Shown here: positions 1 to 7,440 of the stretch, piece by piece
Layout of the letters: every line of letters starts with the position of its first letter
How positions within the stretch are numbered: position 1 is the first letter of the stretch
Origin: an uncultured Gemmataceae bacterium
GTDB lineage: Bacteria > Planctomycetota > Planctomycetia > Gemmatales > Gemmataceae
Reading direction: 5' to 3'
DNA length: 64,000 nt
Assembly (NCBI GenBank): GCA_963750165.1
Contig: CAVVPN010000011.1
Coordinates: forward strand, 1,888,001-1,952,000
Notes under the pieces: generated by a model
Told to the model about the DNA's origin: nothing
The model's input: the letters and a program-made list of their open reading frames with translations, nothing else
Database searches by the model: none
Program-made: the position numbers and the translations under genes

Positions 1-395
1 TACGGGACGCCGTAGCCGCCGTAGCCGCCGTAGCCGCCATAGCAGCCGACGCACGTCCAGCCGCCATAGCCGCCATAGCCGCCGTAGCAGCCATACGAAA
101 TGGGCGCGTAGTTGCCGTACCAGCCGGACGCCGGGCTGATGCCGCCGTAGCAGCCGGCATAGCCGCCCCAGCTGGGGCCGCCGCCGTAGCAGCCGTAGCC
201 GTAGTGGCCGCCGCCGTAGCAGCCGCCGTAGCAGCCCTGGGGACTGCCCCACGCACCCCACGCACCGCCCCACCCGCCGTAGCCGCCGCCGTAACAACCC
301 CACCCACCGTAGCCGTAGCAGCCGCCGCGGAAGCAGTGGAAATCCGGGGCTGCGCTGCCCGTCGTCAGGGCAGCCATCAAGACAACGCTGTACAT
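1..395 (-). CDS. N-terminal part of a secreted Gly/Tyr/Cys-rich protein, probably TIGR03000-domain family (runs off the window)
   Basis: Read by hand: ATG at 395 after an AAAGGGAGG RBS, giving MYSVVLMAALTTGSAAPDFHCFRGGCYGYGGWGCYGG..., then many GCYGG/GYGG repeats. This leader is typical of planctomycete TIGR03000 proteins; the domain itself is outside the window. Confidence 0.7.
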   Translation of the reverse strand, partial: MYSVVLMAALTTGSAAPDFHCFRGGCYGYGGWGCYGGGYGGWGGAWGAWGSPQGCYGGCYGGGHYGYGCYGGGPSWGGYAGCYGGISPASGWYGNYAPISYGCYGGYGGYGGWTCVGCYGGYGGYGGYGVP

Positions 396-580
396 CCCAC
401 TACCCTCCCTTTGCCAAGGCAGAACTCTGTACCGCAACACTCCCCGGCAAATGCCGAAGAATCGGTTCATTTTGCCAGTCTGGGGTAAATGTTAAATTTA
501 GGCAAGCTTTTAGTCAAACCCAAAATTGAGGGGATAGCGAAAAGAAAGTGTCTCGGTCACCGTTACGACCGGAATGGTCT

Positions 581-653
581 GTCGTCCGTTGCCGGATGGG
601 TTCCAGCGCCCGGATGACCGCTCAGCACTTCAACCCATCCGGCAACGGACGAC
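581..653. repeat. 22-bp perfect inverted repeat (hairpin) between divergent genes
   Basis: GTCGTCCGTTGCCGGATGGGTT (581-602) pairs with AACCCATCCGGCAACGGACGAC (632-653). Confidence 0.8.
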
Positions 654-868
654 GGTCCACGGTCCACGAACAACGGACGAAAAATTGATGAAGACCTTGA
701 CTTCGGGCATCGGTTACTTGCAAGGACGTTCAGGGCCTTGGTAATATGGTGGGGACTCGAACCCGGGAGCGCCGCGGCGCGTCTTACTGGCGAGCACGTC
801 GCGGACCGACTTCTCCGGCCGAGGCCAGAGGTCCGGCGTCGCGCAACACTGATGGGAAAGGGGGCTGT

Positions 869-1504
869 ATGCAGTCCAACGCCAGCTCGGCTCTTGAGGC
901 CAGCGTCCTGGTGCTCAACAAGTTGTTCATGGCAATCCACATCATCTCCGTGCGGCGGGCATTCGTCCTGCTGTGCAAGGACCTGGCCGAAGTGGTCCAC
1001 CTGGAGGACGGCCAGTTCGCCACGTACAACTTCGAGACCTGGCGTGAGGTGAGTGAGTATCGGTCCCGGCTCTTTCGCCAGCAGGATGACGACTGGGTGC
1101 GCACCGCCCATAGCGAAATCCAGGTCCCGCGGGTCATCCGGCTGTTGACTTACGAGAAGTTGCCCAAGCAGACGGTGAAGTTCAATCGCCGCAACATCTT
1201 CGCGCGCGACAACAACCAGTGTCAGTACTGCGGCCGGAAGTTCCCGACCACGGAACTGAGCCTGGACCATGTGATGCCGCGCAGCCAGGGCGGCCAGAGC
1301 ACGTGGGAGAACATCGTCTGCGCCTGCGTGGCCTGCAACGTCCGCAAGGGCGGCCGCACGCCCAAGCAGGCCCACATGAGCCTCATCCGCAAGCCGGAGA
1401 AGCCCAAGCGCAGCCCCATGCTCAACCTGAAAATGACGCTCAGCAAATACCAGTCGTGGCGCTCCTTCCTGGAGAACGCCTACTGGTCTGTCGAGTTGAA
1501 ATAA
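869..1504 (+). CDS. HNH endonuclease (McrA-like, zinc-binding)
   Basis: VLVLN leader, RNIFARDNNQCQYCG, LSLDHVMPRSQGG, WENIVCACVACNVRKG. Start taken at MQSNAS (869) behind GGGGG. Confidence 0.9.
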   Translation: MQSNASSALEASVLVLNKLFMAIHIISVRRAFVLLCKDLAEVVHLEDGQFATYNFETWREVSEYRSRLFRQQDDDWVRTAHSEIQVPRVIRLLTYEKLPKQTVKFNRRNIFARDNNQCQYCGRKFPTTELSLDHVMPRSQGGQSTWENIVCACVACNVRKGGRTPKQAHMSLIRKPEKPKRSPMLNLKMTLSKYQSWRSFLENAYWSVELK

Positions 1505-1509
1505 ACAAA

Positions 1510-1605
1510 GGTTCACCACAAAGACACCAAGAGCACAAAGAAGACAACAAGAATTGCTAAATCAATCTTCTGTCTTCTTTGTGCTCTGTGTCTTTGTGGT
1601 GAACC
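1510..1605. terminator. Long imperfect hairpin between convergent genes (REP-like, possibly a bidirectional terminator)
   Basis: GGTTCACCACAAAGACAC..GAGCACAAAGAAGACA pairs with TGTCTTCTTTGTGCTC..GTGTCTTTGTGGTGAACC and lies directly between two stop codons. Confidence 0.65.
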
Positions 1606-1608
1606 CGG

Positions 1609-3723
1609 TTACATGCGATCCAGGGTTTCAATCCACATCGCCAGCTTCGACAGCGTGGCCTCATCGAAGTATTCACGGCCGCGGTCGGGCAACTCGAGAT
1701 ACCATGTGGGGAAGCGGCGCTCGATCAGAACCTTCAGGCGGTCACGCAACGCCCGCACGATTGGGTCGCGGCCGCCGCAGGCGATGAAAAACGACAGCCG
1801 CTGGTTGGCCACGTTGTTGCCCGGCTCCAGCGGCGGCACGGCTCCGGTGGTGGCCACGCCGCGGAACAGGTCGCGAGCGCCGAATCCCAGGCTGATCGCC
1901 ATCTGACCGCCGACGCCCATGCCGTGCGCCACGATCCGCTGCCGGTCAATGTTGTACGTCGCCAGCACGTCACGCACCGCCGCGGTCACGATCTCCTGCT
2001 CGCTCGGCACCCAACCGGCGTCCGCCTCGGACTTCGGCCCCAGCACGATGCAGTGGTTGTCGTTGCAAAAGTCCTCCCACATGTCCTTGACTTTCTCGTT
2101 TTCCTCGTCGGTGTACTTGCCCGGCTGGTGCAGCCAGACTACCAGCGCATAGGAGATGTTCGGGTCGTACTTCGGCGGCACGTAGACCCAGTACGGGTGG
2201 TTGCCCGCGGCGTTGGTCCGCTTGAGGAAACCGGTCTTGGGATCCTTCGGCAACGGCTCCTGCTTTTGCGGCTTGATGTTCGGCCCGCTCGTCTTCAGCG
2301 GCGCCTGGGCCTTCATGAGCGTTGTCGGCTCCGGCACCTCCTTCGGCACCACGTACACGCTGGTCAGCGTCGAGCCCGGCATGCCGTCCAGCTGTCCGGT
2401 CAGCACCGCCTTTTGCTTGGCCGCCTTGCGAATCACGTCCAACTTGATTTCCTGGCCGGGCATGGCCGCGTTGAGCCAGTCCAGCATCTGGGCCTGGCCG
2501 CGCTTCTCGCCGGTGAACGCCAGCGCCTTGCCGGCGATGGTGACCTTCGTGATCTGGTCGCCCGCCTTCAGGCCCATCTTGTCGGCCGGGCTTTTCGGAT
2601 AGACGTAGCGCACCAGCACGCCCAGCTCAGGGTCGTCGCGCACCGGCAGGATGCCGAGGTACGGGTGCTGGTACACCGTCTTGTCGCTGACCAGATCGAA
2701 GGTCAATGGCAGCGTGTCGTTGCCGCGCTTCACCTTGAGCGTCACCGAGTCGCCCTCGTACTTGGTGCCGATGGCGTGGCGGATCTGTGCCAGGTTAATG
2801 ACCGCCTTGCCGTCCACCTCCAGGATGGTGTCGCCGGTCTTGACGCCGCCGCGCACCGCCGCGGAGCCCGCCTGCACCGCCGCGACCACCGGGACCGCCC
2901 CGATCTCGTCGCCCTGGTTCTTCAGGGCGACGCCCAGTTCGCCCTTGTGCATGTCCTTGCCCTCCTTGAGCCGCGGCAGCATGGCCAGTACGTCCTCCAT
3001 TGGCACGGCGAAGCCGATGCCGCTGTCGTACCACTCGAAGCCGGCGGTCTCGCCCTCGGTGCGCGGCGAGGCCGGCACGAGGATGCCCTGGACGCGGCCG
3101 CGGATATCGACGAGGGGGCCACCGTAGTTGACCGGCGAAACCTTGGCGTCGGTCTGCACTGCCTTGCCCCAGATGCGATTCAGGGCGCTGATGATGCCGA
3201 TGCTGATCGACGGCGGCGAATCCTTCTTGAGCTTGGCGTCCAGGGTGCGGCCGAGGGCGATGGCCCACTGGCCGACCTTGATGTCCTTCTTGGGGACCAC
3301 CGCCGGCACGGGCAGGCCAGTCTTCTTGACCTTGAGCAGCGTCAGCATGCGCGAGCGGTCGGTGGCGATGCGCTCGGCGACGAGCGGTTCCTCGCCGGGG
3401 ATGATGACCTGAATGGTCTTGGGGTTGTTGATGAAGTTGAAGGCGCTGGAGATGATGTAGCCGTCGGCGCTGACGATGACGCCGGTGGTCGGGCCGATGG
3501 CCTTGGAGAAGGTGACGCCCTTCTTGGCGTCAATGACGACGCGGTCGGTGCCGCCCTGCGTGGTGATCTGCACGACGCTGGGAGCGACCTTGCGCGCCGC
3601 CGCCTTGATCCTGTTTTGGTGCTGCTCGTTGCTGCCGCTGGGCGGCTGGGCCGTCAGCGGCGCCGCTGCCCACAGGCTCGCCAGCAGCAGCCCCAGGGTG
3701 AGTGCGCGTGGCCGGATGAACAT
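1609..3723 (-). CDS. Secreted HtrA/trypsin-like (pseudo)protease with 2 PDZ domains and a C-terminal alpha/beta-hydrolase-like domain
   Basis: Signal peptide; PSVVQI, TGVIVSADGYIISSAFNF, QTDAKVSPVNYGGPLVD; PDZ motifs GSAAVRGGVKTGD and SPADKMGLKAGD; C-terminal YVPPKYDP..LVVWLH..IDRQRIVAHGMGVGG. Confidence 0.85.
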   Translation of the reverse strand: MFIRPRALTLGLLLASLWAAAPLTAQPPSGSNEQHQNRIKAAARKVAPSVVQITTQGGTDRVVIDAKKGVTFSKAIGPTTGVIVSADGYIISSAFNFINNPKTIQVIIPGEEPLVAERIATDRSRMLTLLKVKKTGLPVPAVVPKKDIKVGQWAIALGRTLDAKLKKDSPPSISIGIISALNRIWGKAVQTDAKVSPVNYGGPLVDIRGRVQGILVPASPRTEGETAGFEWYDSGIGFAVPMEDVLAMLPRLKEGKDMHKGELGVALKNQGDEIGAVPVVAAVQAGSAAVRGGVKTGDTILEVDGKAVINLAQIRHAIGTKYEGDSVTLKVKRGNDTLPLTFDLVSDKTVYQHPYLGILPVRDDPELGVLVRYVYPKSPADKMGLKAGDQITKVTIAGKALAFTGEKRGQAQMLDWLNAAMPGQEIKLDVIRKAAKQKAVLTGQLDGMPGSTLTSVYVVPKEVPEPTTLMKAQAPLKTSGPNIKPQKQEPLPKDPKTGFLKRTNAAGNHPYWVYVPPKYDPNISYALVVWLHQPGKYTDEENEKVKDMWEDFCNDNHCIVLGPKSEADAGWVPSEQEIVTAAVRDVLATYNIDRQRIVAHGMGVGGQMAISLGFGARDLFRGVATTGAVPPLEPGNNVANQRLSFFIACGGRDPIVRALRDRLKVLIERRFPTWYLELPDRGREYFDEATLSKLAMWIETLDRM

Positions 3724-3736
3724 GGGAAAACCCTCG

Positions 3737-3800
3737 AAAAAAGGATGAAGGATGAAGGATGAAGGATGGCTTTTATTTCATCCTTCATCCTTCATCCTTT
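3737..3800 (-). repeat. Inverted heptamer arrays (GGATGAA)n/(TTCATCC)n forming a hairpin with a U-tail on the minus-strand transcript
   Basis: 3-4 heptamer copies per arm; the A-run at 3737-3742 reads as a U-tract after the stem. Confidence 0.8.
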
Positions 3801-3804
3801 TGTT

Positions 3805-4920
3805 TTATGGCGCCTTCGGCTTGGGCTGCGCGCGCAGCTTGAGCCGCACCGTCTCCAGCCGTTCGCCGCGCTGCACCTCCAGAACGACCTCGGTGCCTGG
3901 CCGCGCCGCCCCCATGATGTCGCGGAAGGCGCGGATGCTCGGCACCAGTTCGCCGTCGATGTACACGATCAAATCGTCCGGCCGCAGGCCCTTCTCGGCG
4001 GCCGGCGAACCGGGGATCACTTCCTCGATGTACGGCGGCGTGACGCTGACGGAGTTCGGCACCAGCACGATGCCGTGGAAGCCGCCCGCGTTCTTGTCGC
4101 GGGCCTTGACGCCGCTGCTCTGGCGATACTTGCCCGCGATGGCCTCCTTGACAAAGGTCGGGATGTCCACCGTCGCCTTGACCAGTTCGCCCTTGTCGTT
4201 TTCGCGGGTGATCTCGGTTTTGGCCTGGATGGGCACCGCGTAGTTGATCCAGGTGTTGGACAACGTGTGCTTCAGTTCACGGCCGATGATGCCAAGCAGT
4301 TCGCCCTTGTACGTGGTCACGACGCCGCCGGCAGCGCCGGGGTTGCACATCACCGTGTCGATGAAGTAAACGTCGCCCATGTACGGCGCATCGAAGGCAC
4401 CGCGCTGGCTGCGCAGGTCGGTGTGCGCCGCGACGACGCCGCGCTGCACCGACATCGCCTCGTTGCGTTCGCCGATCTTGAACTGATTGCTGAACGCCAG
4501 CACCCAGTCGCCGGGCTCGGCCATTTTGTTCTTGGCCAGTTTCGGGATGTCGAAGTATTTGAGGAAGCTGACCTCGCCGTCAATCTTGAGCATGGCCACG
4601 TCGAGTTCCGGCTCGCGGGCGGTGACCTTGGCCGAGTAAATCCGGCCGTCCGAAAGGTGGACCTTGAGGTCGGTGGTGCCCAGGATGTGGTTGTTGACGG
4701 TGAGGATGTGGCCTTCCTTGGAGACGAGGATGCCGGTGCCGTAGGCGGGCAGGCCCTTGAAGCCGCCGGCGCCGAACAGCTTGACCATGCGCTGGTTGAC
4801 CACCTCGGCGGCTGGCGTGAACGCCTCCTGAGCCGCCAGGGGCCGCGGTGCCACGGCGAAGGCGAGGGCGCTCGCCGCCACGGCCAGCAGGGCCCGTGCC
4901 AGGGGGGAAGGTCGGATCAT
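3805..4920 (-). CDS. Secreted HtrA/trypsin-like (pseudo)protease with PDZ domain
   Basis: Signal peptide from MIRPSPLARALL; GTGILVSKEGHILTVNNH, LDVAMLKI, DTVMCNPGAAGG; PDZ GSPAAEKGLRPDD. Confidence 0.85.
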   Translation of the reverse strand: MIRPSPLARALLAVAASALAFAVAPRPLAAQEAFTPAAEVVNQRMVKLFGAGGFKGLPAYGTGILVSKEGHILTVNNHILGTTDLKVHLSDGRIYSAKVTAREPELDVAMLKIDGEVSFLKYFDIPKLAKNKMAEPGDWVLAFSNQFKIGERNEAMSVQRGVVAAHTDLRSQRGAFDAPYMGDVYFIDTVMCNPGAAGGVVTTYKGELLGIIGRELKHTLSNTWINYAVPIQAKTEITRENDKGELVKATVDIPTFVKEAIAGKYRQSSGVKARDKNAGGFHGIVLVPNSVSVTPPYIEEVIPGSPAAEKGLRPDDLIVYIDGELVPSIRAFRDIMGAARPGTEVVLEVQRGERLETVRLKLRAQPKPKAP

Positions 4921-4955
4921 GGGAGGGTCGTCCTTATGTTGAGGCGGTCCAACTG

Positions 4956-5038
4956 TTTTCTGCCGCTGGCGGCTTGTGCGCTGCAACCCATCGAACGTGA
5001 GCAGGGTATCAGAGCGCTAAGCCGCAAGCGGCAGAAAA
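4956..5038. repeat. REP-like inverted repeat, TGCCGCTTGCGGCTT family
   Basis: TTTTCTGCCGCTGGCGGCTT pairs with AAGCCGCAAGCGGCAGAAAA. Related copies near 16401, 23297, 30978 and 59176-59305. Confidence 0.75.
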
Positions 5039-5044
5039 GACTAC

Positions 5045-6910
5045 TCACGGATTCATCGTAACCTTGGTGACGTTCAACGTGCCGTAGTGGCGGGCGCGAC
5101 CGGGGTTGGCCTGGTCGCCGTAGTACACCTGAATGCGGTGCGGCACCTGCCGGCCGCCGACGGCGCGGTAGTCGGACAGGTACACCTCACACGGATCCTC
5201 ATTCTCCTTGAGCCGCGCTTCGAAGCCGGCCAGTTTGCCGTCCTTGCGGTCGAAGAACCACTTGACCAGGTGGGTGCCGATGCCGGTGTTGAGCACGTCG
5301 GTGTCGCCGGGCAACCGCAGCGCCTTGAGGCTCTTCGGCGTGCTGTTGTCGGTGGGCGGCGGATAGAACGGCTCGATGCCGCCGTAGTCGAATTTGCTCT
5401 CGAAGCCCTTGAGGCCCTGGGTCAGCAGCCGTTGATACAGGCTCATGGCCGCGAGCAGACCGCCGCTCTCCTTCGGCTGTTTCAGCACGTCGTCCTGGTT
5501 GGCGTTGAACGGCGCCAGGAAGTATTCCGTTTTCTTGCCCGACTCGATGGTCAGGCGCACGACCGGGACGGGGGTGTTGCCCTGGCCCTCGACCAGTTCC
5601 TTGCCGATCTTCAGCACAAAGACCGACGGCGTGTTGGCCTTGAACAGGTTGATGGTCCCTTCGAGCGTCCAGTTGTCGCCGGTGCCGGCGAAGTTGCCGT
5701 GCTTGCCGAACGCCTCCAGCACGCGGTCGCGCTGTTGCTGGTTGAAGTAATAATTGGCGAACCCCGCTTTGGCCACGTAGAACTTGGCCGCCGGCGAACC
5801 GGCCACGGGCGGCACGGGCGGCGCCGGTTTCTGACCGGGCGTCAGGTCCTTGCGCTGAATGCCCATGAGCCGCACGAGAATTTCCTTGTCCTTCATGCCC
5901 GCCTTGGCGTCCGGCCGGCGGTACTCCAGCGGCACGCGCCAGCCGCGCGGATACAGCCCCATGACGTTCTTGAAGTGGTTGACGCTCGACAGCACCCGGC
6001 CGTCGAGAGACAGCACCTCGTCATCAACGTCCACGCCGCGGCGGAAGACATCGGAGTCTTCCAGAATCGACTGCACCGTCATCTTGGCGAAGCCGTTCTT
6101 GTCGGTCTGCGACACCAGCAGAGCGCCGAGGCTGGCGTGGTCGCTATCGAGGCCGCCGTGCAGGTGGCCGAGGAAGTTCTTGATCTGGTTGATCGAGATG
6201 GCATAGCCGACGCCGGAGTTGATGCGGGCGCGCTTATCGAACGAGCCGCGGCCGTTGATGCCGATGAGTTCGCCTTGCATGTTGAACAGCGGGCCGCCGG
6301 AGTTGCCCGGGTTGATGCTCGTGTCGATCTGGATGCAGTCGGTGTATTCCAGCAGGATACCGGACGGCGGCTGATAACGGTGGACGCCGCTGATGAGGCC
6401 GTAGGTGACGGTTGGCGTGAAGTCGGTGGCCAGCAGGAACGGATTGCCCATCGCCAGCGACCAGTGCCCCTCGCGCACCTTGTCGCTGTCGCCGAGCGGC
6501 GCGAAGGGGAATTGTTGCCCCTCCTTCTTGGGCAGCAGCTTGATGAGCGCCACGTCGCCAACCTTGTCGAGGCCGACGAGCACGGCGTCATAGAGGACGC
6601 CGTCGGGCAGGCCGCACTGCATGGTGGGGCCGGTCGGGGCGACGACGTGGAAGTTGGTCAGGGCGTAGCCGTCCGCGCTGATGAGCACGCCGGAGCCGCC
6701 GCCCTTCTTGCGGTCGTGGGCGAAGACGGCGACGACGGCCGGCCTGACCTTCTCGATAACGGCGACGCGCTCGGCCTCGGCCTTGAGGATGGCGTCGTCG
6801 CCGTCCTGCTGCGTCACCGACCCTTCGGCCAGGCCCAACAGCAGCAGGGCCGTCACGGCAAGGAACAGCGGCAACGTCCAGCGTCCGCGGAATAGCTTGG
6901 TGATGCGCAT
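5045..6910 (-). CDS. HtrA/DegP-family serine protease (intact triad) with a C-terminal extension
   Basis: GGSGVLISADGYALTNFHVV (His), GDVALIKL (Asp), DTSINPGNSGGPLFN (Ser); N-terminal hydrophobic anchor. Confidence 0.92.
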   Translation of the reverse strand: MRITKLFRGRWTLPLFLAVTALLLLGLAEGSVTQQDGDDAILKAEAERVAVIEKVRPAVVAVFAHDRKKGGGSGVLISADGYALTNFHVVAPTGPTMQCGLPDGVLYDAVLVGLDKVGDVALIKLLPKKEGQQFPFAPLGDSDKVREGHWSLAMGNPFLLATDFTPTVTYGLISGVHRYQPPSGILLEYTDCIQIDTSINPGNSGGPLFNMQGELIGINGRGSFDKRARINSGVGYAISINQIKNFLGHLHGGLDSDHASLGALLVSQTDKNGFAKMTVQSILEDSDVFRRGVDVDDEVLSLDGRVLSSVNHFKNVMGLYPRGWRVPLEYRRPDAKAGMKDKEILVRLMGIQRKDLTPGQKPAPPVPPVAGSPAAKFYVAKAGFANYYFNQQQRDRVLEAFGKHGNFAGTGDNWTLEGTINLFKANTPSVFVLKIGKELVEGQGNTPVPVVRLTIESGKKTEYFLAPFNANQDDVLKQPKESGGLLAAMSLYQRLLTQGLKGFESKFDYGGIEPFYPPPTDNSTPKSLKALRLPGDTDVLNTGIGTHLVKWFFDRKDGKLAGFEARLKENEDPCEVYLSDYRAVGGRQVPHRIQVYYGDQANPGRARHYGTLNVTKVTMNP

Positions 6911-6925
6911 GGGTATCCTTCTCTT

Positions 6926-6950
6926 TTAGTCATTAGTCATTAGTCATTAG
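6926..6950. repeat. Heptamer array (TTAGTCA)n, left arm of the four-helix-bundle cassette
   Basis: TTAGTCATTAGTCATTAGTCATTAG; contains the stop codon of the four-helix gene. Confidence 0.9.
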
Positions 6951-7353
6951 TTTCAGTTGGCGGATTCCTCAAATCAGTCCGGTCGCTGTTGTTGGTGTTG
7001 CCGACGGATTTTAAATAGGAGTTCAGTTGGGGGCAGAGGTTATCAACGAGCGGTTTCAATTGAGAAATCTGTTCTGACGACAGCAATTTTCGTCGAAAAG
7101 CACGACGAAGCCAGTGCCGGGTCTCGTAAAGCGAACCGCGAGCGATCCGAATGTAGCGCCGGTTGTCCTGATAAGACCCTCGCCCCGTGCCTTCTGCAAT
7201 GTTGGCGCCAACGCTGTCGGCGGCACGGATGAGTTGCTTTCCAACGGTATCCCGTGGCAAAGAAGCCCACGTAATCACGATGTTCCAAACCGCATCAGCT
7301 AATTCCTCAGCCAAGCCATACACACGTAACTCCTCAAACGACTTTCCGGCCAT
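6940..7353 (-). CDS. Four helix bundle protein (23S rRNA IVP / TIGR02436, Avd-like)
   Basis: SFEELRVY, QLIRAADSVGANIAEGTGR, IARGSLYETRHWL are family signatures; codons are visibly AT-richer than in neighbouring genes. Confidence 0.93.
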   Translation of the reverse strand: MAGKSFEELRVYGLAEELADAVWNIVITWASLPRDTVGKQLIRAADSVGANIAEGTGRGSYQDNRRYIRIARGSLYETRHWLRRAFRRKLLSSEQISQLKPLVDNLCPQLNSYLKSVGNTNNSDRTDLRNPPTETND

Positions 7354-7409
7354 GCCAGCCTCCTCGTGCCAGGCCTCCTTCTCTGATCCGAATATTTAGT
7401 GCCTGATGC

Positions 7410-7440
7410 CTAATGACTAATGACTAATGACTAATGACTA
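7410..7440. repeat. Heptamer array (CTAATGA)n, right arm, inverted relative to 6926-6950
   Basis: CTAATGA x4 + CTA; the last CTA is the TAG stop of the upstream NPCBM gene. Confidence 0.9.

Noticed and set aside
746..766. tRNA-like T-loop/CCA on the minus strand (GGGTTCGAGTCCCCACCA)
   Set aside because: No acceptor stem, D arm or anticodon arm can be folded around it.
869..1504. HNH as an IscB/Cas9-like RNA-guided nuclease
   Set aside because: Only 211 aa with no RuvC or PLMP motifs and no CRISPR array; it fits the common stand-alone HNH family.
6940..7353. Diversity-generating retroelement (Avd)
   Set aside because: No reverse transcriptase and no template/variable repeat pair seen in the window.
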